Under the pieces are notes generated by a model. The model worked only from the letters and a program-made list of their open reading frames with translations, was not told where the DNA came from and searched no databases. The translations under genes and the position numbers were made by a program. Shown here in pieces: positions 19,089 to 28,367 of a stretch of 64,000 nucleotides of DNA; within the stretch, counting starts at the first letter, position 1; each line of letters begins with the position of its first letter. Source of the DNA: a virus (Duplodnaviria; Caudoviricetes); the IMG/VR virus record IMGVR_UViG_3300021963_000022, one strand, 5' to 3'.

Positions 19089-19930
19089 AAAAAGTTTTAA
19101 TTACAGGTAGTTCAGGATATATCGGTTCACATCTATGTAAGATGCTAGCCGGTAAATACGAAGTTCATGGACTTGATATTAATCCACCACAAACATTTGT
19201 AGATAAATTCTATGACCAAAACATCAATCGACTATTTGAAGCTGAACACGAATATGATGCAGTAATTCATTTGGCTGCATTGGTTCGTGTAGGTGAGAGT
19301 GAACTTATGCCAATCAAGTATTATATTACTAACTTGAATGGTACTATGAACATACTTAATCGTGTGAAAACAAAAAACTTTATCTTTGCTAGTACTGGTG
19401 CCGCACAAGATTGTACTAGTGCCTATGGTATCAGTAAACTTGCCGCTGAAGGTGTTGTTAAAGAATTCTCTACTCACCATCGTCAACAAGATTATACTAT
19501 TTTTAGATTCTATAATGTTGTAGGCAGTGATGGGTTTCCACCAACAAACCCAGATGGATTAATGTATAAACTGTTTGAAGCGACCGACACAGGAGTATTT
19601 ACTATCTATGGTAATGACTATACAGAATCAACTGACGGTACATGTGTCAGAGACTATGTTCATGTGAATGAAATATGTGAAGCTTTGAAAGAAGCTATTG
19701 AAAACCCATCTAATCAAATAGAATGTTTAGGGCATGGTGTTGGTCATACAGTTAAAGAGATTGTTAATAAGTTTCAACAAGTTAATAATGTTGATTTTGA
19801 AGTGACGTACGGCCCAAGAAGAAAGGGTGACTTACCTAGTTCTGTACTAGAAAATGTATCACCCTATATGCGTAATCTCTATACAATGGATCAGTTACTT
19901 ACCTTTAGCGTCCCGGAAAAAACTGAGTAA
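19085..19930 (+). CDS. NAD-dependent NDP-sugar epimerase/dehydratase (GalE-like)
   Basis: LITGSSGYIGSH, YGISK (YxxxK), RFYNVVG, RDYVHV. Confidence 0.9.
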   Translation: MKKVLITGSSGYIGSHLCKMLAGKYEVHGLDINPPQTFVDKFYDQNINRLFEAEHEYDAVIHLAALVRVGESELMPIKYYITNLNGTMNILNRVKTKNFIFASTGAAQDCTSAYGISKLAAEGVVKEFSTHHRQQDYTIFRFYNVVGSDGFPPTNPDGLMYKLFEATDTGVFTIYGNDYTESTDGTCVRDYVHVNEICEALKEAIENPSNQIECLGHGVGHTVKEIVNKFQQVNNVDFEVTYGPRRKGDLPSSVLENVSPYMRNLYTMDQLLTFSVPEKTE

Positions 19931-21419
19931 AGAAATTACTATTAGCACCTGCATCGATGATAACAGGTTTACCTTGATATAATCCCCAGTTTGCTTTTCT
20001 ATTAAGATCACCTAACTCAACCTCATATGATGAACTTAAATCAACCAACTTGTTTGCGTATTCATTAGCAGTGTCAATCTGTTCTTCTGACTTGCCTTTC
20101 TTCTTCATATGAGCAATCAATTGTTGATAATTATATAGTTTACTCTTACCAGACATTGCAGTAGCCAATTGAACTATTTCATTTAATGAATCAACACCCA
20201 TCAGTTCAGCAAGTTGTTTCTCAGTAGCTTTTTGTGCTAACTCAGTGTGTATCCAAGTAGGTTCACGATTCTGTTTATCATAGTCAATCATAGGTATTAG
20301 TATACCAAGCTGACTAGCATATCCATCATCCAGTATATCTACTTCTACATTGTTTTGTACTAAACCCATTCTATTTTTAGCTATTTTAAGAACAGTAGGA
20401 CGACCTTCATATTCAATATCAGTAGCAATACGACTAGATCCACTACCAATACGTTTAGCACGTTCTAATGCATAACCTAGTCGTTGTTTGAATGTAGAGC
20501 CAGGGCTATATTGACTTGCATCCCAATCAGCTGGTAAGGGTGCTTCAGTTATTTCATTGTTCGTTTTTACGATAGGAGGAACCCAGTTGTATAGTTCTAT
20601 TCGTGGTGCACCGGATTCATCGTGATAATAATTCGCTTTAAACGAACCATCATATTTAATAACGTTTTGAATTTCTTTTGGATTGCCACCTGTTAATCTC
20701 TTAAATGCATCTATTGCTTTTTGTTTTGTTAAGCCAACTTTAGTGTCACCGGTATCACCAATCGGCAAGATTAAGCCATCAGGTGTAACACTCCATAATG
20801 TATATCCATCTGGATTGTCTCTCCTTGCTACTATTTGAACTTCATTTGGCTTATAGTAATTTTTAGAATTCAATGGTGGTTTAGCTAACTTACGTGAGAA
20901 CGTGCCTTTATTAGTAGGATCATCTCTCATTGTAGTTAATTCTAAACCACTATCATTAATCAATTTCAATAGACCTTCTGGTACTTTATTCATTAGTTCT
21001 TTACGTATCTGTATGCCTAAAACATATGGTTTCTTAACAGGGATACCTATACCTCTTGGATGATAGATACGTTCTTCTGTTTCTTGTTTATACATTGGAT
21101 TACTAGCAGTAGGACCAGTACCGTCTGCTTGATTATAGAATTGCATATAAGAGAATGGCATTACTTTGAATCCAGCTTGACGTAATGCATTCCTATCTAA
21201 CACAAGTTGAATACTGCCACCACCATATGGGAATCTATAATATTGATTTCTACTTGCACTGATTACTGGTATTTCCCAACCACCTTCTTCATCTGTATCA
21301 GATAAGTGCGGTTGTATTACACCTTTTCTGAGTATATTCCAGATTTGATTAGGTTGTGCTACACTATGATAAATGTAATCGCCACCAACTGCTTCAGCAA
21401 TAAATTCTTTTGCTCTCAT
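19905..21419 (-). CDS. Putative virion protein: N-terminal ART-like domain fused to a C-terminal protein-kinase-like domain
   Basis: MRAKEFIAE leader; YIYH..ISASR..ETEE; IGSGSSR, VLK, NVE, GDL..NWG, IDAG. Confidence 0.6.
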   Translation of the reverse strand: MRAKEFIAEAVGGDYIYHSVAQPNQIWNILRKGVIQPHLSDTDEEGGWEIPVISASRNQYYRFPYGGGSIQLVLDRNALRQAGFKVMPFSYMQFYNQADGTGPTASNPMYKQETEERIYHPRGIGIPVKKPYVLGIQIRKELMNKVPEGLLKLINDSGLELTTMRDDPTNKGTFSRKLAKPPLNSKNYYKPNEVQIVARRDNPDGYTLWSVTPDGLILPIGDTGDTKVGLTKQKAIDAFKRLTGGNPKEIQNVIKYDGSFKANYYHDESGAPRIELYNWVPPIVKTNNEITEAPLPADWDASQYSPGSTFKQRLGYALERAKRIGSGSSRIATDIEYEGRPTVLKIAKNRMGLVQNNVEVDILDDGYASQLGILIPMIDYDKQNREPTWIHTELAQKATEKQLAELMGVDSLNEIVQLATAMSGKSKLYNYQQLIAHMKKKGKSEEQIDTANEYANKLVDLSSSYEVELGDLNRKANWGLYQGKPVIIDAGANSNFFTQFFPGR

Positions 21420-21901
21420 TTTCTATTTAGTAAATAAGGACTGTTAAGTAATTTTGGAAACCAAGGAACATCTTCATAGTCTTTTAATATATTTCTTCTG
21501 TTTGGATTAAAATAGAAACCCTTTATCTTACCACGAACTGGCATAGAACCTTTAGGTACAACAATTACTTCTTCATATTCATCACCAAATGTTTGTGTAC
21601 CTTGACTAGAACTAAACATTTTATATTGATTAGCAATAGAAGGTCTATCCAATACAAGAATTACTGCATTACCATCATATGTTAGATTTAAATTATCAAT
21701 AAATTCATCTGATTCAGCATAATGCCTCGAACGAGTTGTACTAATTGTGGGAGCATTGGTTCTTGCTATAGTTGCTTGTTGAGGACGATAGCTTGCTTTT
21801 AATAAGCCCTTGTCTAGTATATGCAACATTGCCGCTGGTTGCGTAGCATGATAAAGATAATCATTACCCACTGCTTCTACTATGAACTCACTTGCTCTCA
21901 T
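21416..21901 (-). CDS. Putative virion protein, stand-alone ART-like domain
   Basis: MRASEFIVE leader; YLYHAT, ISTTRS, EYEE; paralogous to the N-terminus of the next gene. Confidence 0.55.
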   Translation of the reverse strand: MRASEFIVEAVGNDYLYHATQPAAMLHILDKGLLKASYRPQQATIARTNAPTISTTRSRHYAESDEFIDNLNLTYDGNAVILVLDRPSIANQYKMFSSSQGTQTFGDEYEEVIVVPKGSMPVRGKIKGFYFNPNRRNILKDYEDVPWFPKLLNSPYLLNRK

Positions 21902-23649
21902 TAGTGCTTCAATAGTAAGGTAGACAACACATCCTGTCTGTTAGCACTGATATCACCCTCACCTGGAGCAATGATAACGTTCCATTTCTTAATGTTGTTC
22001 TTCTCAGGAATGGACATCATTTCACTATAGCTGATGATGCTTTCTCGTTTTAGATTATATTGATTTGCTAATCTATCTTTTAATTCTTCTAGTGCTGCAC
22101 CATCACGTGGTTGCCATGCACCGTCTTCAGTCTTGTCTAAGTTACCCTTCTCATCTTTCTTCAATAAGTCATAGAACAACTTACTTGGAACAATACGACT
22201 ATTCTTAGTTATATCTAATTGAGGATCTTGTTGTTTAACTTGTTTCTCTTGGCTTGTGCTTGCACCTTCACTCCAATTAACAATAAAGTTACTTGGTTTT
22301 TGACCTAATGCCGCATCTGCTATCTTTGTGTAAGCATAAAACTTAACATCAGGGTGTGCTGCCGCTAGCTTAAACGCTAGGTCTTGATATTCTGGACTGA
22401 AGAAATCACCAGCATCATGCCAACGAATAGTTAGATTGTAACCACCTTTTTGTGCTTTCTTTTCTTCTTTTGTAATATCACTACTTAGTTGATTAAAGAA
22501 TCCATCAGGATCATTCAACAAGAAAGTTAAAATTCTTCCATCACTTAACCAAGGACCTTCAAACTGAACTTTACCGCCCTTCATAGCAAAGCAATCTATT
22601 TTGCATGAACCAGCACCTGGACATGTATTAACTACAATTAGTTCATTAGTGTTTTCATCTAGTGCTATACCAACTAGAGCGGCAAAACCAATATTATAGA
22701 ATTGCTCTAGTTCACCGTTACTATGTTTCATCTTCTCATTTTGTTTAAGAAGTTTAGCTGGACGAACACCTAATGCTTGTTTGATTTTATCAGTATCGTA
22801 TTTCTTACCTTCTTCATTGTAGTATTTGACTACACTTGAACGGTGAATATATGGTAGTTTATATTTGTCTGTCTTACCTTTTTCACGATTACGAATTCTA
22901 TCTAAGTAGTCATCTAGTTCTTGACCTTTTAGTTCACGTGTTTGCGCAGGTAGTTTTGTTGCTTCATCTAAGTCTCGATATTTCTGTCTAAATTCTTTTA
23001 CTGCTAACTGAGTTAGTCCCTCTACTGTGTGGAGTAATGCTTCTCTTGAAGCCTCTGGGAATCTATCCATTACAAATTGTGATATACTATTAGCCCATAA
23101 ATACGTTTTTTGGTCATTGTAAAAATCTTGAGGTGTTGGCAACGAAACATAATAATGTTTATTGTTTTTATATTCTTTCCATAATCTTGCATACTGAGAA
23201 GTATCAAGTGGCCCTGTAACTTTACTCATCATACGCTGAAAAGCAAGTTGGTCGTCCTTTGTTTTGATTATTTTTTTACCTAAGACTCTTAATACAATTG
23301 ATTTTAATTTATTGTATGCATCACCCATAAAGCCTTCGTCTACTTCTTGTTTATGATTTGTAGATTGTTTACTACGTTTATCACTATCAGGAAACATTAT
23401 AGAAATGCTTTTACTATAAGCCTTATCAATTGAGTCGGGATTTAATTTTTTAATTTTATTATTTCTAGCATCACTAGTATAATGTGCTAATTGTTCAGGA
23501 GACATTTTATCTAATTCTTCTGAGGACATCTCATCTATCTTTTCGTCATTAGATTGGGCAAGGAATTGATCCATGCTCATTACTTTAATACCCTTAGTTG
23601 CTCCGGGTAATTTGGGTGTTGCACCTTCAAACAATTCTTGGAAATTCAT
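21901..23649 (-). CDS. Protein with C-terminal GP88-like domain and a spacer carrying Glu processing sites
   Basis: Start refined to MNFQELFE (ATGA overlap); TCPGAGSCKIDCFA, RWHDAGDF, FYAYTK. Confidence 0.65.
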   Translation of the reverse strand: MNFQELFEGATPKLPGATKGIKVMSMDQFLAQSNDEKIDEMSSEELDKMSPEQLAHYTSDARNNKIKKLNPDSIDKAYSKSISIMFPDSDKRSKQSTNHKQEVDEGFMGDAYNKLKSIVLRVLGKKIIKTKDDQLAFQRMMSKVTGPLDTSQYARLWKEYKNNKHYYVSLPTPQDFYNDQKTYLWANSISQFVMDRFPEASREALLHTVEGLTQLAVKEFRQKYRDLDEATKLPAQTRELKGQELDDYLDRIRNREKGKTDKYKLPYIHRSSVVKYYNEEGKKYDTDKIKQALGVRPAKLLKQNEKMKHSNGELEQFYNIGFAALVGIALDENTNELIVVNTCPGAGSCKIDCFAMKGGKVQFEGPWLSDGRILTFLLNDPDGFFNQLSSDITKEEKKAQKGGYNLTIRWHDAGDFFSPEYQDLAFKLAAAHPDVKFYAYTKIADAALGQKPSNFIVNWSEGASTSQEKQVKQQDPQLDITKNSRIVPSKLFYDLLKKDEKGNLDKTEDGAWQPRDGAALEELKDRLANQYNLKRESIISYSEMMSIPEKNNIKKWNVIIAPGEGDISANRQDVLSTLLLKH

Positions 23650-24599
23650 TTCTTGAGGTTCCTGATTTTTTGTTCTGCAATCATTACTAGTTCTTGCATT
23701 TGTTGAATAGATTCGCAGTTCCATCTACGTAGTGCTTTATTGATTGGACTATCAGGATCACGTTTAGTTTTAGCACTTGCATGTGCTTTCTTCATGCCTC
23801 CCATTCTAGCACAGAATGATTTGCGACGGTTAGCGGCTTTGCTGCCTTTTTTGAGTTTACTAGGCTTTGTAGTTACGGCAGTCTTTAGTTTACTACCTGG
23901 ATTTTCTCTACGATATGATTTAACAGCTTTACTACTCATGCCGTCAGTCTTGTCACTCTTGTTGACTTTCTGCCAGTCTTCATCTATACTCATGTCTTGA
24001 TACATTGGTCTACCTAATGATCGATTAATTAAATACGTCTGAGCATCTTTAAGGCTGTTATGCTTCATTTGTTTTATAAATTTACCAACTTTTCTTCTAG
24101 TTGTAAAGGGAGGTTGACCTGTCTGACTATATATGTGTCCTATTTTTTGACCATTGTGTATAAATTCATAATCTTTCCATGGGTCTTTTGCTTCAGCTAA
24201 ACCTTGCTGGCCATACATGTCAAGTATTTGTTTAACATAGAAATTATAAAAACCACGACGGTCATTATATTCTCTGTCCCCTAGAACAGTTTTTAATGCT
24301 AGTATAGCATCACTTATTTCAGGGCCCTTCATTATTTTTAATGCGTCGGTAACAAGCGAATCAACACGTTGTGAGCCTTCTGCTACACCTTGTTCTTTTT
24401 TTGCAATGGCAATAGCAGCCTGTCGTTTAGGATTAGCATCTTCAGTTGCGGCATCTTTAAAATTCTGTGCAGAAGGTGCTCCCTTGCTACCAGGTTTACG
24501 CATCTTTTCGCCCGAACCACGCTTGATACGGGCACGTTTAGCGTGAATGTTTGCCCATAAACCTTTTTCACCTTCAGTTATAATTTCTGTAAATTTCAT
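23646..24599 (-). CDS. Mosaic basic virion-associated protein (DUF6321-like C-terminus)
   Basis: MKFTEIITE leader; GLWANIHAKR..., RRKSFCARM, PINKALRRWNC. Confidence 0.55.
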   Translation of the reverse strand: MKFTEIITEGEKGLWANIHAKRARIKRGSGEKMRKPGSKGAPSAQNFKDAATEDANPKRQAAIAIAKKEQGVAEGSQRVDSLVTDALKIMKGPEISDAILALKTVLGDREYNDRRGFYNFYVKQILDMYGQQGLAEAKDPWKDYEFIHNGQKIGHIYSQTGQPPFTTRRKVGKFIKQMKHNSLKDAQTYLINRSLGRPMYQDMSIDEDWQKVNKSDKTDGMSSKAVKSYRRENPGSKLKTAVTTKPSKLKKGSKAANRRKSFCARMGGMKKAHASAKTKRDPDSPINKALRRWNCESIQQMQELVMIAEQKIRNLKK

Positions 24600-24617
24600 A
24601 TTAGTATCCGTAAATAG

Positions 24618-24646
24618 TTGACTTTATTGCGTAAATATGTTACACT
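24618..24646 (+). promoter_or_regulatory. sigma70-type promoter for the uvsE operon
   Basis: TTGACT-17 nt-TACACT. Confidence 0.65.
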
Positions 24647-24654
24647 ATATCTAT

Positions 24655-24662
24655 TATTTATC
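24655..24662 (-). promoter_or_regulatory. Late promoter motif GATAAATA for the minus-strand virion-protein operon
   Basis: TATTTATC on the + strand, 55 nt upstream of the start at 24599. Confidence 0.5.
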
Positions 24663-24675
24663 ACTTTGGACCCTT

Positions 24676-25701
24676 ATGCACTCTTTTGACACCAACATCA
24701 AACGTATCGGTTTTGCTTGTAAATGGGCAGAAATAAACAAAAAAGGAGAGATTGTATCCGCTGAAGGTCTCAATACCGGCGGTACTACACAAGCATGGGC
24801 AAAGCGTAATAGCCGCAATGTAGTAGAAGAAAAGATTATGGATGTTGCTAAAAGTAATATTCTTAATACACATGCATTGGTTAAGAAAGTAGCTACATTA
24901 GACCCTGAATTGCGTATGTTGCGTCTTACTAGTGATATGCTTAGTTTTTACACTATGGATGAGTACAAAGACTTTTGGCATTCAACTGATGTACAGAATA
25001 GTTTAGCACGATGGTTTGCACCTATTGGTGAAACAGCAAGAGCTAATGATGTTCGTTTGTCATTTCACCCTGACCAATTTGTTGTTTTAGCGAGTGACCG
25101 TGAAGAAGTAGTAAATAAGAGTATAGAAGAATTTGAATATCATTGTGACATGGCTCGTTGGATGGGCTATGGTCAAAAGTTTCAAGATATGAAAATCAAT
25201 GTACATATCTCTGGTAGAAAAGGTCCTCAGGGTATCAGAGATGTTTATGATAGACTTAGCCCCGAGGCACGAAACACACTTACATTAGAGAATGAGGAAT
25301 ACACACATGGACTTACAGACTGCTTATCATTATCTGACCTCGTACCTACGGTCATGGACATTCACCATAACTGGATTCGTGAGGGAGAATATATTTCCCC
25401 AACTGATGATAGGGTTAAGATGGTTATTGATAGTTGGCGCGGTATTCGCCCTACTTTACATTACTCCGTTAGCCGTGAAGACTTACTTGTCGGCCATTCC
25501 GGATCACAGTTACCCTCTCATGGTGCGTTGATTGAGTCGGGATACAGTAAACAAAAGCTTCGGGCACATAGTGATTACTATTGGAACGAAGCAGTTAATG
25601 ATTGGGCATTAACGTTCCGTGAGAACTTTGACATGATGTGCGAGAGCAAAGCTAAAAACCTTGCTAGTTTTAAACTACACGAATATGACAACAGAAAATA
25701 A
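24676..25701 (+). CDS. uvsE: UV-damage endonuclease
   Basis: RIGFAC, LRLTSD, LSFHPDQF, TLEN, DIHH, AHSDY, ESKAKNLA. Confidence 0.9.
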   Translation: MHSFDTNIKRIGFACKWAEINKKGEIVSAEGLNTGGTTQAWAKRNSRNVVEEKIMDVAKSNILNTHALVKKVATLDPELRMLRLTSDMLSFYTMDEYKDFWHSTDVQNSLARWFAPIGETARANDVRLSFHPDQFVVLASDREEVVNKSIEEFEYHCDMARWMGYGQKFQDMKINVHISGRKGPQGIRDVYDRLSPEARNTLTLENEEYTHGLTDCLSLSDLVPTVMDIHHNWIREGEYISPTDDRVKMVIDSWRGIRPTLHYSVSREDLLVGHSGSQLPSHGALIESGYSKQKLRAHSDYYWNEAVNDWALTFRENFDMMCESKAKNLASFKLHEYDNRK

Positions 25702-26158
25702 TTCTGCTAATGGTGTTAGTAGCTATGATAGCACTAGCACTGGTAATATAATTCACTTCTTTAATAGGAATGTGAGTGAGTATCCTACCGAGGCAGGAGG
25801 ACCTAAGTTTGATATGATTCCTGTAACCAAACAAAAAGATATAATGATTAATCATGCTAGGATGTATGCCCAGCAAGAGTATGATCGTATCATGGAATTG
25901 GTTGCAGTACTAGAAAAACAAGCACAAGATATTAAACGTAGACTAAAAGTAACGGATGCAGTACATGCCGCAGAATATCAGTTTCAAATTATAATGGGTA
26001 ATACATACTGGTTAGTTTGGGAAAAAAGAAAAGAAAAGACATTGCTAGTACATCTTGGGCCTAATGATTGGTCAACCGGTATACCAGAATTCTATGAGTA
26101 TATTACTCAAGTTAAATACATGGGTGATCATACATGGATGGAAATAAAAGAGGAATAA
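25685..26158 (+). CDS. DUF2452-like protein
   Basis: AQQEYDRIMELVAVLEKQAQ..., YQFQIIMGNTYWL. Confidence 0.6.
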   Translation: MTTENNSANGVSSYDSTSTGNIIHFFNRNVSEYPTEAGGPKFDMIPVTKQKDIMINHARMYAQQEYDRIMELVAVLEKQAQDIKRRLKVTDAVHAAEYQFQIIMGNTYWLVWEKRKEKTLLVHLGPNDWSTGIPEFYEYITQVKYMGDHTWMEIKEE

Positions 26159-26159
26159 T

Positions 26160-26582
26160 ATGGGAATATTTGATAAATTGTTTGGTAAAAAGGAAGTTGC
26201 TCCTACAGTAGTAGAAACCCCTAAAGTTAAAAAACCTGCTAAAGAAAAAAAGCCAGAACCAACAATTAGTGCTAAAGAAAAAGCTACGCTTGCTGGTGAA
26301 CCTTATGTTAATATACTAGGATTAGAAATAGATCCTAATGATATTCATAATGGTGCATTTGAACTAGATTGGAATGATAAGTTTATTGTTAACCTTATTC
26401 GTGCAGGCTACAAACAAAAAGATACCGATACAGACAATGTTATAGTTGAACGCTGGTTTCAACATGTCTGTAGAAATATTGCACTAGAGATGTATGAACA
26501 AAATCAAGCTGATCCAACCAACCGGGATCTTCGCCCAATTCAAACAAGAGATTTGGGTAACGGACGTACTGAAGTGAGCTAA
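26160..26582 (+). CDS. Hypothetical protein
   Basis: ORF with SD GAGGA; FELDWNDKF motif. Confidence 0.65.
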   Translation: MGIFDKLFGKKEVAPTVVETPKVKKPAKEKKPEPTISAKEKATLAGEPYVNILGLEIDPNDIHNGAFELDWNDKFIVNLIRAGYKQKDTDTDNVIVERWFQHVCRNIALEMYEQNQADPTNRDLRPIQTRDLGNGRTEVS

Positions 26583-26599
26583 ATTTTTACCCATTTCAG

Positions 26600-26659
26600 T
26601 TGAGTTTCCTAATTTGTAGTGTATAATACAAATTGTGCAGAGAATAAGATTACTGCACA
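26600..26659 (+). promoter_or_regulatory. sigma70-like promoter plus leader hairpin
   Basis: TTGAGT-16 nt-TATAAT; TGTGCAG 26634-40 / CTGCACA 26653-59. Confidence 0.5.
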
Positions 26660-26683
26660 GACATTAACTTATAGGAGAAAAAA

Positions 26684-27883
26684 ATGTCAAAGTCTAAAAC
26701 TTTTAAATTCGCATGGGTACCAAACTCAAAAACAGTAACTAAGAAGGATCTTCCAAATAATGAATTGGATCAGAAACCCGGTTACATTGAGCAAAACAGT
26801 ATTACTAATCTGGTAGATACTTTTAAGAAAAGTGATTTCTTCAAACAACTGAAAGATTTCTTAAAAACTGATGACTACAAAAATGAGTGCAAAGGCAAGC
26901 CTCAAAAATATAGTCAAATGCCCAAACTAGAGCAAATTCCGATTCTATATCTTTTTACTGCACTAGCAGTTCAACGAAAGATTGATTGGGATCATTTGTT
27001 TAGAATTGTCACTACATGGGATTCTCGAAGACCTGCAACCGTTAACGTAATTCGTTTGCCAGGCACAAATACTTACTATATTACAGATGGTCAACACACC
27101 GTATTAGCTATTGCTATTCGTGCAATGCTAGGGTTGTTTGATGATGTTGACAAGAATGATTGGATGAACGTCAAAGTTAATTGTCAAGTTGTTGAAACGG
27201 CTGACTTCAGTTTTGCACGTGAACACTTCTTGGGTATTAACGGTGAAGATAAGCTGCCAATCATGCCGTTTGACACACATAAGATTCATGTGTTTGGAAG
27301 TCGTTTGGATAACAGTTCACAAGAAAAATATGTGTTAGCCGAAAGAAAACAATCTGCATTTGAGTTGTACAACTTGTATCCAGTACACCCGGAGAGCATG
27401 GATCGATTTAAGCCCGGAGCAGTTGTTCACACTAACTTGATTAAAAAGTTAGATGTTGATGATATCAAGTTCTTTGGTGAGAATCATAATACTTACTGGT
27501 TCCAAGAACCACTAGATTCTATTGAAATGCTTCCGTTTCAGGAATTGCGTAAGAAACTTATTAAAGAAGGTGCAGATTTCAATGCTCCTGAATTCAAAGA
27601 GTTTATGCGTGATTTGAATGCATTAGTAAAAGAAGTAGCCGGAGGATGGGCAGAGTTTAAAAATCTTACACAACAATTGTATCCTAAATACTACGTTAAA
27701 GCATTCGGTGATAAGCCGGCTGGTTGCCCGAAAGACGCATCACTTGTATTACTCATGCAGTTGTATGTCAAGGCCGGCGGCACATATCAATATGTTCCCG
27801 CTAGTTTAACAACACGTTATTGCGAGAATAGGACTCAGATGTTTAATCATTTGACTTCTGCTAAGAAGGAGTTGTTCAAATGA
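26684..27883 (+). CDS. ParB/Srx-like (DGQH) domain protein
   Basis: QRKIDWDH...YITDGQHT. Confidence 0.6.
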   Translation: MSKSKTFKFAWVPNSKTVTKKDLPNNELDQKPGYIEQNSITNLVDTFKKSDFFKQLKDFLKTDDYKNECKGKPQKYSQMPKLEQIPILYLFTALAVQRKIDWDHLFRIVTTWDSRRPATVNVIRLPGTNTYYITDGQHTVLAIAIRAMLGLFDDVDKNDWMNVKVNCQVVETADFSFAREHFLGINGEDKLPIMPFDTHKIHVFGSRLDNSSQEKYVLAERKQSAFELYNLYPVHPESMDRFKPGAVVHTNLIKKLDVDDIKFFGENHNTYWFQEPLDSIEMLPFQELRKKLIKEGADFNAPEFKEFMRDLNALVKEVAGGWAEFKNLTQQLYPKYYVKAFGDKPAGCPKDASLVLLMQLYVKAGGTYQYVPASLTTRYCENRTQMFNHLTSAKKELFK

Positions 27884-28305
27884 TAAGTATGGCATTATAT
27901 ATTGCTGAGATATACAACAAAGTTAAACCCGGTCGATCTAACAATCTTAAATCACGTATTACTTCTTACACTAAAGGAAATAACGAAGCATATATGCATC
28001 ATTGTTATTTTGCTGTTGAAGGTTATGAGGAGCACGTAAGAAATTGTGAAAGCTACCTTTTTCGTCAGCTATTTCCTTTTTTGGAAAACCCTAACGGAAG
28101 TCATAAACCAAGTGAGTATGTTGACCCAAAATACACAGAGGTAAACTTTGAATATGTTAAGAATATTGTAGAGGACCGTATCAGAAGTCACCCACTGAAG
28201 ATTAAACGGTTAAAACAACAGTTCTTGCCCATTACAAGGTATAACATCAAATCTTTAATGGAAGGTATTAACAACTTCCCTGATAAGTATTTGGAAGATA
28301 TCTAA
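27880..28305 (+). CDS. GIY-YIG/T5orf172-like nuclease-fold protein (tentative)
   Basis: LYIAE..KVKPGRSNNLKSRITSY...E pattern. Confidence 0.45.
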   Translation: MISMALYIAEIYNKVKPGRSNNLKSRITSYTKGNNEAYMHHCYFAVEGYEEHVRNCESYLFRQLFPFLENPNGSHKPSEYVDPKYTEVNFEYVKNIVEDRIRSHPLKIKRLKQQFLPITRYNIKSLMEGINNFPDKYLEDI

Positions 28306-28306
28306 C

Positions 28307-28335
28307 TTGACAACAATTAGTGATGTGTGTATAAT
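28307..28335 (+). promoter_or_regulatory. sigma70 consensus promoter
   Basis: TTGACA-17 nt-TATAAT. Confidence 0.75.
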
Positions 28336-28367
28336 CTACACATATCACTCAACTTTATATACAAAAA

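Noticed and set aside
23740-24000. Hydrophobic plus-strand ORF resembling a membrane protein
   Set aside because: Antisense to the Lys-rich DUF6321-like region; hydrophobicity arises from complementing AAA/AAG codons
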